Source: Octopus vulgaris (Eukaryota). Taken from it: a DNA stretch of 64,000 bases. The notes beneath the pieces are model-generated. The model did no database searches. It was not told the origin of the DNA and saw nothing but the letters and a program-made list of their open reading frames with translations. A program made the translations under genes and the position numbers. Position 1 is the first letter of the stretch, and each line of letters opens with the position of its first letter. Where the stretch lies: contig OX597816.1 in the NCBI GenBank assembly GCA_951406725.2, positions 108,004,001 through 108,068,000 of the forward strand, given 5' to 3'. This document shows, piece after piece, positions 1 through 12,487 of this stretch.

Positions 1-3
1 AAC

Positions 4-35
<32 letters not shown>

Positions 36-121
36 CTTCTTCTTCTTCTTCTTCTTTTTCTTTTTCTTCTTCTTCTTCTTCTTCTTTTTTGTTGTTGTTG
101 TTGTTCTTCTTCTTCTTCTTC
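1..121. repeat. (CTT)n/(GTT)n microsatellite
   Basis: Direct reading of trinucleotide repeats. Confidence 0.95.
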
Positions 122-417
122 ACCTCTATAAATCAAGAAACCATGTAGATGTAAGGGAACTGAGAAAGATTGTTTTGAGGGCGTGGCAAAGGCTCTCCCC
201 CAAAATGGAAGGTTTGAAACTAGAAATAAATATGTTCAAACATCAAAACTAAGAACAAAGACAACAGAAAAATAAGCGACAGAGCCAAAATCACTTGTAA
301 GTTATAACTTGTAATCTCCGTCCGGTTTCGAGCAAGGTGGATAATCTGTCTCTTTGTTCATCATGATTCCTGCTATTGTTAAGCTAATAAGAATAACCAT
401 TATATTTTTTAATTATT

Positions 418-545
418 TTACTTGTTTCAATCATCTGACTGTAGCCATGCTGGACACCAACTTTAGTCGAGTAAATCGTCCCCAGAGTTTATTCTGTGTA
501 AGTCTAGTACTTATTCTAGCGACTATTTTGCCGAACCGCTAAGTT
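418..545 (-). mobile_element. SINE family 1, 3' fragment
   Basis: Reverse complement matches the 3' half of the copies at 2588 and 11441 (cttagcggttcggcaaaa...gactaaag...ccagcatggc...gaaacaag). Confidence 0.8.
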
Positions 546-589
546 GTCCAAGTAAAATTTTAAAAATAAATTAAAATACCTCATTGCGA

Positions 590-910
590 CAATCTAAGAA
601 GAATTGAAAGTGCTATGACATTATTCTCTGGGCGAAGACAGAAATGATATGCAGGGATTTATATGTGGAAGAAAGTAGAAGCCATAGTTACAGATTTTGG
701 TTTGAGAGCTATATCAATCATTTAGAGAGTGCTGAAGTTAAGACCAAGATACTATAACAGATGAGGCACGCGGGTGTTTAATGTCATTAAAATAAAACAC
801 AAGTTATATAACATAACATTTATTCAAGCAGCACCAAAATAATCTACTGAATTCCTGGATGAGCCAACATCACGGCAAAAGGGCAAGTGAAGCCAGCAGT
901 TTCAAAGGCT
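590..910 (+). pseudogene. Decayed 3' end of a CR1/L2-group LINE ORF2
   Basis: Translates as SLGRRQK*YAGIYMWKKVEAIVTDFG with a later PDEP-like motif, similar to SLQRRRERYIICTMWKI...IPDKP in the LINE at 55.5-57.5 kb. Confidence 0.55.
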
Positions 911-1044
911 TTCCTTTGGAATTAGCATCGAAGAAACAGTAGAAACAGTAACAATAGAACAGAAATATACTCCAAAATAGCCACAGCTAATAAGCTAACA
1001 AAATTTATACATATATATGTATGCATGTATATTTTATTGTGTAT

Positions 1045-1082
<38 letters not shown>

Positions 1083-1647
1083 GCACACACACATATACAC
1101 ACAAGCATTTATATGCATGTAAAGAATCTGGCTGGATAGTTGGACGCATGGATGCACGCATATATGATTATGTTTTCTACCGTGTGTGAACGAATTTCCA
1201 TATACGGAAAAATCTATGCAGATAGAAAATATACCTGGGTACACACATCAAGTTAAGCATGTAAGCAGTTACGTAAATACATATGGCTTTCTGCTTTAAG
1301 ATATCAAATAGTACGTAGCATTGATCTCTATAATGGCGTAGTCATATGACGTTTGTCTTATATGGACACCGACACATATGTTTATATATTTGTGCGTATG
1401 TGTGTGTGTTTGTGTGTGAGCGAGTGTCTGTATGTTTGCATTGGTAGGTGTGTATGTAAGTTTATGCAATAACAGTACGAATAGATCCATTCAAAAACTA
1501 TATGTTGCCGGAGGCAAATACATATACGTACATGAGAGACAAATGCAACAAACACATACACAAACACACACACTGACATGCATACAAACGTACATAATTA
1601 TACATATATACCAGCACATAAACAACATTATATAAACAGAATAACTC

Positions 1648-1687
<40 letters not shown>

Positions 1688-1694
<7 letters not shown>

Positions 1695-1852
1695 TATTAG
1701 AGACAAAACCACTATTTTGCAAAACAAACAAGGAAAGACTTAATCAATACATAAAATTTTAATAAATAGTCAAAAAAACCGCCACTATTATTTCTTGTCT
1801 TGATCGACAATCTTCAGGTGGACTTCCAATATATCAGTTTCAAATTATGAAG
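1688..1852 (-). mobile_element. Penelope-like/retrozyme-type non-coding fragment, same family as the 14887-15215 palindrome
   Basis: Shares gagacaaaaccactatttt...aaacaaggaaagacttaatcaa...cgacaatcttcaggtgga with 14900-15025; flanked by (TA)n on both sides. Confidence 0.8.
1782..1821 (-). ncRNA. Minimal type I hammerhead ribozyme
   Basis: Minus strand: ccac-CTGAAGA-ttgtc gatcaa gacaa-GAAA-taa-TA-gtgg. Stem I ccac/gtgg, stem II ttgtc/gacaa, very short stem III. Confidence 0.75.
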
Positions 1853-1873
1853 TGATATATATATATATATATA

Positions 1874-2257
1874 GGCGCAGGCATGGCTGTATGGTAAAAA
1901 GCTTACTTCCTAGCCACATGGTTCCTGGTTCAGTAACACTGCGTGGCACCTTAGGCAACTGTCTTCTAGTATAGCTTCGGGTCCACCAAAGCTTTGTGAG
2001 GATCTGGTCGACGGAAACTGAAAGAAACCGTTGTGTACATACATGTATATATATTTATAGGTGTGCGTCTTTGTGTCTGTGTTTGTCCTCCCCCCTCCTG
2101 CATCGCTTGCCAACTGTTTTTGGTGTGTTTATGTCCCAAAGTGACCGATAGAATGAGTACTTGGCTTACAAAGAATATGGTTCTGGGCTTAATTTGTTCG
2201 ACTAAAGGTGATGCTCCAGCAGGACCGCTGTCAAATGACTGAAGCGTGTAAACGAGT
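1874..2257 (+). mobile_element. tRNA-derived SINE family 1, full length
   Basis: A/B-box-like head (tggctgtatggtaa...ggttcag), shared body and tail gtcaaatgactgaa; more than 10 copies in the window. Confidence 0.9.
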
Positions 2258-2587
2258 ATATGTATATGCATATATATATATATATATCGAAAGAGACAGA
2301 TAGACAAAGAGAGAGTGAGAGCTTAGATTGATAGATAGATAGATAGATAGATAGATACATAGTTGTACGTATTGTAGGTATATATGCGAAACTTTGAGTA
2401 ACAGTTTGTAAAGATTTTCTCAGTTTAAATAAAACAGTATATTATTCTGCTTTTGGTATTCGAGTAATATTTCTCTGCCTGGTTTGCACCTATGTACTTA
2501 CTTGTGTGTCTATATATGTGTGTGTGTATGTGTGTGTGTGTGTTTGTTAGCATGTGTGCTTGTGCGCGCGCGTATGTGTGTATGTTT

Positions 2588-2976
2588 GTGTGTGGCTGTG
2601 TGGTAAGTAGCTTGTCTACCAACCATATGGTTCCGGGTTCAGTCCCACTGCGTGGCATCTTGGGCAAGTGTCTTCTACTATAGCCTCGGGCCGACCAAAG
2701 CCTTGTGAGTGGATTTGGTAGACGGAAACTGAAAGAAGCCCGTCGTATATATGTATATATATGTATATATATGCGTGTGTGTGTTTGTGTGTCTGTGTTT
2801 GTCCCCTAGTGTTTATGTCCCCGCCACTTAGCGGTTCGGCAAAAGAGGCCGATAGAATAAGTACTGGGCTTACAAAAGAATAAGTCCCGGGGTCGAGTTG
2901 CTCGATTAAAGGCGGTGCTCCAGCATGGCCGCAGTCAAATGACTGAAACAAGTAAAAGAGAAAAAGAGTAAAGAGT
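2588..2976 (+). mobile_element. tRNA-derived SINE family 1
   Basis: gtggctgtgtggtaagtagc...ccgggttcagtcccactgcgtggca...internal (TA)/(TG) tract...gactgaaacaagtaaaagag. Confidence 0.92.
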
Positions 2977-3067
2977 ATGTATTTTGTGGGACATGCCAGT
3001 AAATGGCACTTGCTCCATTTTGCATAGTCATAGAAAGCGATTTAGCTTGCATCTGACTTCGTTGCAG

Positions 3068-3137
3068 GTACGCGGTACTGCCGAGTCACAAAGATGATGG
3101 AACATTAATGTCTATAGGTCCTGTAACGGAACCTAAT
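3068..3137 (+). CDS. Candidate 70-nt internal coding exon of an unknown host gene (YAVLPSHKDDGTLMSIGPVTEPN)
   Basis: Unique, GC-richer island with ctgac...ttgcag acceptor and gtgagt donor; one frame is open. No homology recognised. Confidence 0.3.
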
Positions 3138-3567
3138 GTGAGTTATCTCGCTTATCTATGACTTTCAAGTGTTTTAACATCATGCGAAATCTCTTACTCC
3201 TACAATCGCAGCCTGCCACGAACTGGAAAAACACATACCTTGTGTATATGTGTGCAATATTGTTTACTCACACACACACATACACACACATATATATATA
3301 CACCCACACTTGGATGCATATTTAATATGCATCCATATTCTCGCTTGAAAAACATGGATGCATATAGTAGGTACGCAAAATTCGTTTCCTATAATGCTAA
3401 GTGCTGAGATGATGACTGTCTTAGTCGGAACTGATCCAAAACAACTCTAAAGAAGCAATCGTATGTTCAGGTTTGCAAGAGATTCAAGAATGTCCCTTAA
3501 GAGGACTTCACTCCATTTGTACGGTCAGTGGATGTTGGCCCTCTCCTTGACTAATTCATCGTGTGTA

Positions 3568-3581
3568 TATCTATCTATCCG

Positions 3582-3641
<60 letters not shown>

Positions 3642-3650
3642 CCTATCTAA

Positions 3651-3734
<84 letters not shown>

Positions 3735-3735
3735 A
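3568..3735. repeat. (ATCT)n microsatellite
   Basis: Direct reading. Confidence 0.95.
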
Positions 3736-4251
3736 TATATATATATATTTATCTGTGTGCGTGTGTATATATATGAGGGATGTATGCGTGAGTGAGTGTG
3801 TATGTGGGTGTGTGGCTGTGCATATGCGTGTGTTTGTATGTGTGTTAGTGTGTTAGAATATATGTCATAAAAATATTTAACTAAACTAAATATCGTTTAT
3901 TCCTAATCACTGCTTGGTGCTGATGCGGCTATGATTTTTATTCCGACTAAGTGGTCCACTAGCACAACTCAATCGCTGACGTTGATTGCTTTTTTAGTTA
4001 AAGCTACAGCTTTGTATGTGCCCAAGATTATATGACTTGTGTATTTCCAATTGAGGAAGGCTAACGAACCAGAAATGAGCGTTTGGGAATCCACTAGACG
4101 GAAGCACTGGGCACATGTGTTTTTGCACCTTTTTGCCACAAGGGAGATTTTTTTCCTCCACGGTGACTACCGTGAATTTGCCTTAAAAAATTTGAGCATG
4201 TCACAAACATATTTTAACTAACCTAATTTATATATATATATATATGTGTGT

Positions 4252-4302
<51 letters not shown>

Positions 4303-5385
4303 ATTATATATGTATGTATTAGATATGTATGGTGTGTGTATGTATATGTACATATGCATGCACTGCTCATAATATACATACGTGATGTATAGATACATAG
4401 TAATTATAAGAATCAGACGTGCTTTAAATCTCTCTCTTTCACCCTCTCTATCTAAGAATCTATCCATCTATCTATCTAGCTATCTATCAATGTATGCATG
4501 TATGTATGTATGTATGTATGTATGTTGTATGCCTCTATGTATTTATCTATCTGTCTGTCTATCTATGCATGCGCGTGTAAATACTTAATATGCATGTCTA
4601 CATATATGGGTATGTGTGTATTAGAGATGGAGATAGATAGATATATAGATAGATAAAGGGAGAGAGAGAGAGAGTTAGATAGGTAGATCGGTAGATCTGT
4701 TATCAATGAATACTCAAACAGAAAAAAAATATACATACACAATGAAAGGAAACGAAACAAACAAAAAAAGAACAACTACAACAATAAAAAAAAAACATCA
4801 AAGGAAAACAATAAGTAAAAAGTAAATAGTTGCCATTCTAAAATCGTGGGCTCCGACTGAGAACAACAATAATCTTTTCTATCGAAAATAGACGCAGAAG
4901 ATGAATTCTGAGGATGTTACGCATTGAGAGATTCTTGCTTCACTGTAATCTGATTTATCCCATTTCGACTATAATTTTGTTCCGGATTACCAAACCATAA
5001 GCTTAAATATGAGAATCTATTTCGTTTTAGTGAACATTTATAGAAGAAGACTTACGTTTAGTCATAACTTTTTGTCATTTTTCCTAAATACGTAGCTTTG
5101 GTATTGTATCGATATAGTCTCTACCATATTGGTGCAGTGAGTATAGCTCGAAACAAAGACAAGACGGCGTGTGTTTGGGTAGTGGGTATTTACGTAAATC
5201 TAAGTAGTTTATACACGTAAAAGTGTGTGTAGAGTATTTGTGATAGGGCAGCAGGCGTTGAGAGAGATAAGTTTGTTTTCAACTACCTCTAGATCCCTGA
5301 GCACAAGTGCTTATGTACGCGCTCGTGCATGTGTATTTATATATGTATATATCTATGCATACATGTGTTTATGCATGGTTGTGGG

Positions 5386-5428
<43 letters not shown>

Positions 5429-5633
5429 GTGTGTGTATATACATATACATAATATATATATATATAAATATATATATTTATTTATATATACATGTACATA
5501 TATATATATATTTATATATATGTATGTGTGTGTATGTATATGTGTTTTTGTAGACGGTTATATATATTAGGTATATATGCATGTGTGTATGTTTTTATGC
5601 TTTTATGCATAGTTGGATTCATGCATTTATACA

Positions 5634-5674
<41 letters not shown>

Positions 5675-6257
5675 GTATATATATATATATATATGGCGGT
5701 GCCCCAGCATGGCCACAGCTCATGAGCTGAAACTAGAATCAATCATATGTATGTATGTATGTACCTATGTATGATTGTATCTATGTTTATGCATAGTTAC
5801 ATTTGTGTGCATGTATAATTGTATATAAATGACTGTGTGGGTTTGAATGCATGAATGTATGTGGGCGTGCATATGTGGGTATGCGTATGTGTGTATGTAC
5901 ATATGAATATATTTATAATATAAACATGCACTTAAACTTACTTGTGTTTTGCGTGTGGGCGTGTGATTGTGTACATATATGTATGCAGGTATGTGTGTTG
6001 GTACACACGTATGTGCATATTCATGAAAACACGGGTATGTGCGTAATTTGTAGATGTGTATTTACGTATATAGATATATATTTATGTGTAAGTCTTTAGA
6101 CGTATGGGTGTGTTTGTATATATTTACATGTGTATGAGCATAAGCAAATGTGTATGCATGTTGTCTTACATGTATTGTGTGTTAATGCGTACAAATGCAT
6201 ATAATTCTATGTAAATTTGTATGCATATGTTATTTTTTTATAATTATTTTTGAAAAG

Positions 6258-6460
6258 CAAGGCAGCGAGTTGATCGGATCATTAGAACGCCGGGTAAAGT
6301 GCTTAGCGGTATTTCGTCCATGTTCCAATTCAAATTCGACCGAGTTTCACTTTCTCTTTTATCCTTCGATAAAATAAGTACCAATTAAGCAGTGAGATCG
6401 ATATAATCGACTTACACCCTCCTCCAAATCACGGGACATGTGCCTAAAATTTGAAACCAA
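6258..6460 (+). mobile_element. SINE family 2, single module with tail B
   Basis: aaggcagcgag head, gcttagcggtatttcgtc, ttcaaattc, tccttcgataaaataagtacca core. Confidence 0.8.
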
Positions 6461-7446
6461 TTGTACCTGAAAGCATGCCTGAGTGGGTTTGGATATCATC
6501 ATACGTCATACTTAACACGAATATATCCACAGAAACTCGAAAAAAACATCGTATACTATTTTATGACTTATCCAATAAAATAAGGGGAGCGCCTATAAAA
6601 TTTTTCAGAACCTCCGTAACATGTGGGGCAGGAGGAAGTTTTGCTCGGACAGACTAGAATTCTCTAAAACCATCTAAGGGTCATGTGACACTATCTAATC
6701 TGGTGACGGATTAACCTACCTCCTCAGAATAGGAGTTATACCACCAACTTGGCCTCCACCTAATTGTCCCTGCAGCAAATTTTACTCATATTATTTTTGA
6801 TCGACATGGGGCTATTTTAGAATATATTTGCAGAAAGTACTGCAGAGTTGGGTTGAACTTGTGACAACGTAGATGCGAAGCAAAGTTCTTAACCACGCAG
6901 CCTTAAATGCACTATATGAAGGAGAATCAATTATTCCATCATAATCGAAATAGAGAAGTAACGCTGCAGCAGTCCCGGTGTTATTTCATAGAACAGCTGT
7001 ATATGTGTTGGTTCCAGAGAGATGAGCGCTCAAAAGGCTTGAGAAATCTAGTGAAATTTGACCTAGCAACATAAAGGTTGAGAACAGAATAATGTTCGTG
7101 TGTGACATGTAATAAAACATTGTAGCGGTTCTGCCAGTTTCCCAGCATCTTAAATGAATTAATGAGTAGCAAACATTCATGAGGAACTTATCCGTGAACA
7201 CTTGTTACATGCTAACCAATTACGGTCATTTATATATATTTGTCCATATTATCAATTACTGTATTAAGATATCCAGTAGAGATGTAATTAAAACGGTAGA
7301 ACCAACAAGCATCGTAGCTAAAATATTCACATTACTTAGAAAAATCCTTGTCGTGAGCAATAAAATGAAATTTGAGACTGAGACATAAGAAAAAGATAAA
7401 CAAGAAAATACGAAAGTAATTAAAATTAGCACACATTCACAAACAC

Positions 7447-7493
7447 ATACATATACATACATACATACATACATACATACATACATACATACA

Positions 7494-7522
<29 letters not shown>
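7447..7522. repeat. (TACA)n microsatellite
   Basis: Direct reading. Confidence 0.95.
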
Positions 7523-7524
<2 letters not shown>

Positions 7525-7975
7525 GCCACCCACCTGCTTATTTTAGCAACACTCACATGCACATCACGTGGATACATGCATATTGAAATAATGAAACGTA
7601 TAACACTAATTTCGTTTCATTCACTTAAAAATTCAACAGTCAGACTCGAAAATGAAAGAAACTTGACTAGACTTAAAGTTATTACTTTAATGAGCATTTT
7701 GCCTTAAAATATGGTTCGTTCGTATTTATTTATAAATGCAGATATATGATACTACATATAATTGAACTAGCTTTATTTTCGTTCTGCCTTTAAATTTATT
7801 ACTGATTTCCATTCTTTCTCTGTCAATCCCTCTTTTTCTCTCTCTACACACACACTCGTATATTCTTTCCTACACACATCCCACAAACATAGGCAGATAT
7901 TTGGTTTTAGAAAGTGAGGATAATGTGTGCAATACTTAAAGCAGTCTGTGTTTATTTGTTTGTGTGTGTGTGTGT

Positions 7976-8057
<82 letters not shown>

Positions 8058-8657
8058 TTTTATATTTATATTTATTATTATTTATTGTATTCATTTATAT
8101 TTATATTTATTTTTATTTTTATTTTTATTTTTATTTTCTCATATATTTTTTCTCTCCTTCTTTCTGTGTTTCTTCTCTGTGTATCTTTCTGTTGAAGAGC
8201 GTATTTACATACGTAAATAAACAGCGACAACTCTATTAAGTCATACAAAGATTATAATCCCTACCGTCTTCCGTAGTGTAATATAAAAGTAATAGATTAA
8301 TAACTACATTATTTCAATCAATCAATATATAGAGAAGATTAAACACTAACTTTAATAAAACTACAACAAAGGGACATATAAACGAATGTACATTGTATCG
8401 GTATCAATAGTAAACCGCAATAACTAAATTATATGCCAAATTGCGATCAATCTTTAAGTCCATATAAATATTAATCCCACCGGTCTTCCATAGATAATGA
8501 AAGTTCAACCCTTATAGAATTTTTTTCCAAAATAAAACACGATTGAGATTAATTTGACTAACATTTTTATGAGTGAAATACATTATCTCATCATTCAAAA
8601 GTTAATAATAAAACACTACATACTCATTAATAGATCACCACTACAAGTTATAATATT

Positions 8658-9389
8658 GTTTTCTACTCTAGCACAAGGCCCGAAATTTTGGGGGAGAGGG
8701 CCAGTGGATTGGATCGACCCCAGTACGCAACTGGTACTTAATTTATCGACCCCGAAAAGATGAAAGGCAAAGTCGACCTCAGTGGAATTTGAACTCACAA
8801 CGTAAAGACAGACGAAATACTGCTAAGCATTTCGACAGGCGTGTTTTTTTATTTCTTTACTGCCGACAAGGAGCTATACAAAGAAAGGACAAACTAGGAA
8901 AACCAAATGGATTAAGTCGATTATATCGACCCCAGTGCGTAACTGGTACTTATTTAATCGACCACGAAAGGATGAAAGGCAAAGTAGACCTCGGCGCAAT
9001 TTGAATACAACGTAGTGGCAGACGAAATACCTATTTCTTTACTACCCACAAGGAGCTAAACACAGAGGGGACAAACAAGGACAGAGAAACGGATTAAGTC
9101 GATTACATTGACCCCAGTGCGTAACTGGTACTTAAATTATCGGCAGACGAAATACCTATTTCTTTGTTACCCACAAGGGGCTAAACATAGAGTGGACAAA
9201 CAAGGACAGACATAGGTATTAAGTCGATTACATCGACTCCAGTGCGTAACTGGTACTTAATTTATCGACCCCGAAAGGATGAAAGGCAAAGTCGACTTCG
9301 GCGGAATTTGGATTCACAACGTAACGGCAGACGAAATACCGCTAAGCATTTCGCCCGGCGTGGTAAGGTTTCTGCCAGCTCGCCGCCTT
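8658..9389 (-). mobile_element. Composite SINE family 2 array: head, three core+tailA modules, then core+tailB; 18-bp TSD
   Basis: Flanked by actacaagttataatatt at 8640-8657 and 9390-9407; repeated core gcctttcatcctttcggggtcgataaattaagtaccag. Confidence 0.9.
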
Positions 9390-9813
9390 ACTACAAGTTA
9401 TAATATTAAATTTCCAGTGACTAATATTAACTTAAATTTCATTAAATAGTAACTGATAAAAGTCTTTGTAATTTACTATTATTATAAACCTTGCTATGTT
9501 CAAAGCTAATTAAACTGTTAAAAAGATAATAAAACTACAAGTATTAACACTTACATGTTTAATCAGACACGCGGCTCCCTCATAAAGAATTTAAAGGGCC
9601 AACTAAATATTGATGACGTTATGCATAATTGCGACCTTCTCAACTGTCTCAATATTGGTGACGTACTAAGCCAATAACTCGAATCATAAACCTTCAACTA
9701 CTTACAAATTTGCTTAGCTGAAGACTAGATATTACCCAACATTCATTTAAAATTTCAAGATTCCCACCAAAACAGCGATGAAAAGTTTTAATCAACTTTC
9801 CACTTTTATACCC

Positions 9814-9847
<34 letters not shown>

Positions 9848-9900
9848 TATAAGTTTATGAAAGAATGGAGTTGAACGACTTGTTAACAAATTTCCTTTAT

Positions 9901-9981
9901 TTTCGACATATGTTTCGAAGGCTGCATATTCCTAATTCCGAAGGAATAAGGAGTACATTATGCAGATTTCTCATCAGGATA
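9901..9981 (-). ncRNA. Type I hammerhead ribozyme with extended stem II, inside a ~225-bp (TA)n-flanked element (9841-10068)
   Basis: Minus strand: tatc-CTGATGA-gaaatctgcata...tatgcagccttc-GAAA-catatg-TC-gaaa. Palindromic catatg in stem III; stem I has one mismatch. Confidence 0.75.
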
Positions 9982-10070
9982 TTTTACACTTATTCTGATG
10001 TGAATTTGCTACCCAGGTATCGGTTATCTTTCGAATTATCCTTAATAAGATAATTCATTCAACTACTCAA

Positions 10071-10136
<66 letters not shown>

Positions 10137-10439
10137 GTGTAAATATATACTGTCCTGATAGAGTATAATGGCAAGGTAGTTTCAGAGAAGCACTCACCCA
10201 GACTTCCGATCTATCAAAATTGACGGATTCCAGACTAATACCGAAATTGTTCAGGTGCTGATGTCTAAAACCGAAAATATTACGTAAATTTCCATTTTGA
10301 ATATTGAGTAAATTGGCGTTGTAAACAAAGTTGATACATAAACAGTTGTAAATTATCATTAAAGATGTGTTAAAGTATTTCTTTGTCCCATTATTTAGAT
10401 TATATACATACATAGGTACATGTATACATACATACATGC

Positions 10440-10485
<46 letters not shown>

Positions 10486-10535
10486 GTACATACATACATA
10501 TATATATATATACATACATTTATATATATATATAC

Positions 10536-10627
<92 letters not shown>

Positions 10628-11186
10628 TCGGTTTGTCCGTGAGCCTATGGGTGCATGTACCCGCATGTGGGTGCAAGTGTCTGTGTGAATCTATACTTTT
10701 CTACCTAAAAGTATGTGTGTGTTTAGATGTATTGGAACATACAAATTTACCTTTTGGCATCTATGCAGCTTTTTTAAGGTCATGACCTTCTCATACCTTA
10801 CATGCTGATGGATTTGAATTTATAACCATTTCCCAATTTCCATTGGTTTCAATTGATGTGTTAAATCACTAAATATTTTGCAACCCTTTCTTTTCCGTAA
10901 TCTCTTTCTTCCCACGACCTCCCTCCTGTTCCCTTTTATGACATGCTTTTTTGCTTTCTCTCGCATCCTTTGTCTCTTAGGTGTATTTATATATTTTACA
11001 CTTATTCTATTACTTTGCTTAAATATTTTTTAATTTCTTATACTCATTTTTATGGTTCTCTAGTTCAGGATTTCTTTCTTTAATTACAAATGTGTCTTGT
11101 TTTTTCTCTCATTTCTTCTCTCTCTTCATTTTCTCATCCTCTACTATATTTTGTCGACACCATTCTCCCTATCTCTTGTTTCTTTG

Positions 11187-11222
<36 letters not shown>

Positions 11223-11440
11223 TCTATGCCCTTTGCTTTCTTTCTAATTCTCTTTGAAAACACTTACAAAATGTCTGAACATCTATCCAAATTCAGATGT
11301 TAGTTATCGGTAACATAAAGTAATAAAGTGTGACACCATGAACCGCTGTGATTAAGATCCAGCTGCACTTGAGACAGTTAATACAAAGTACCAATCAACC
11401 ACAATAGGAAAACATACGTAGTAACAAATCATATTAACTT

Positions 11441-11613
11441 GTGGAGTGGCTGTGTGGTAAGTAGCTTGTGGTAAGAATGAACCCGGAACCATTTGGTTCC
11501 GGGTTCATTCCCACTGCGTGGCACCTTGGGCAAGTGGCTTCTATTATAGCTTCGGGCCGACCAAAGTCTTGAGAGTGAATTTCGTAGACGGAAACTGAAA
11601 GAAGCCCGTCGTA

Positions 11614-11644
<31 letters not shown>

Positions 11645-11888
11645 TTATGTGTGTGTGTGTGTGTGTGTGTGTGGATATGTTTGTTTGTCTGTGTTTGTCC
11701 CCCCAACATCGCTTGACAACTGATGGTGGTGTGTTTACGTCCCTGTACCGAACGGTTCGGCAAAAGAGAACGATAGAGCAAGTACTAGGCTTCCAAAAAT
11801 AAGTCCTGGGGTCGATTTGCTCGACTAAAGGCGGTGCTCCAGCATGGCCGCAGTCAAATGACTGAAACAAGTAAGAGAATAAAAGAGT
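11441..11888 (+). mobile_element. tRNA-derived SINE family 1
   Basis: Same head, body and tail; small duplication/inversion in the head. Confidence 0.92.
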
Positions 11889-11901
11889 ATATATCTGTCT
11901 G

Positions 11902-11957
<56 letters not shown>

Positions 11958-12060
11958 GCTAGCTAGCTAGCTAGCTATCTGCTCTCTGTCTGCCTCTGCC
12001 TGTCTGTCTGGAAATCTCTAGGCCACTGGTTGTAAGAATTTCTAAAATCTCTTGATATTA

Positions 12061-12092
<32 letters not shown>

Positions 12093-12186
12093 GAGTGTGT
12101 GTGTGTGAGAGTGTGTGTGTGAGAGTGTGTGTGCGCGTGTGTGTGCGCGTGTATGTGTGTGTGTGTATGTGTGTGTGTGTGTGTGT

Positions 12187-12487
12187 CGAGGCACATGGCC
12201 TAGTGGTTAGATCAGCGGACTCGCGGTCGAGGTATTGCGGGTTCGAATCTCAGCTGGGCGATGTGTGTGTTTATGTGCGAAACACCTAAGCCCCATGCGG
12301 CTCCGGCAGTAGGGAATGGCGAACTTCTGCTGACTCTTTCGCCACAACTTTCTCTCACTCTTTCCTTCTGCATCTTGCTGCTCACCTGCGACTGACCGTC
12401 ATCCCGCCCAGGTGGGGAACCTATACGCCAAGGAAACTGAGAAACCGACCCTTATGATCCAGACATGGCTCGAGAAGGAACAAACAA
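12187..12487 (+). mobile_element. tRNA(Arg-like)-derived SINE family 3
   Basis: gaggcacatggcctagtggttag (A box)...gggttcgaatctc (B box), followed by a ~230-nt tRNA-unrelated body ending gaaggaacaaacaa. Confidence 0.85.

Noticed and set aside
8658-9389. Regularly recurring repeats resembling a CRISPR array
   Set aside because: The intervening sequences are also repeated, units are 125-200 bp SINE modules, and the context is eukaryotic with no cas genes.
12187-12260. tRNA-Arg-like sequence (also 42590-42660 on the minus strand)
   Set aside because: Acceptor stem does not close and the sequence runs into a SINE body; these are SINE heads, not tRNA genes.
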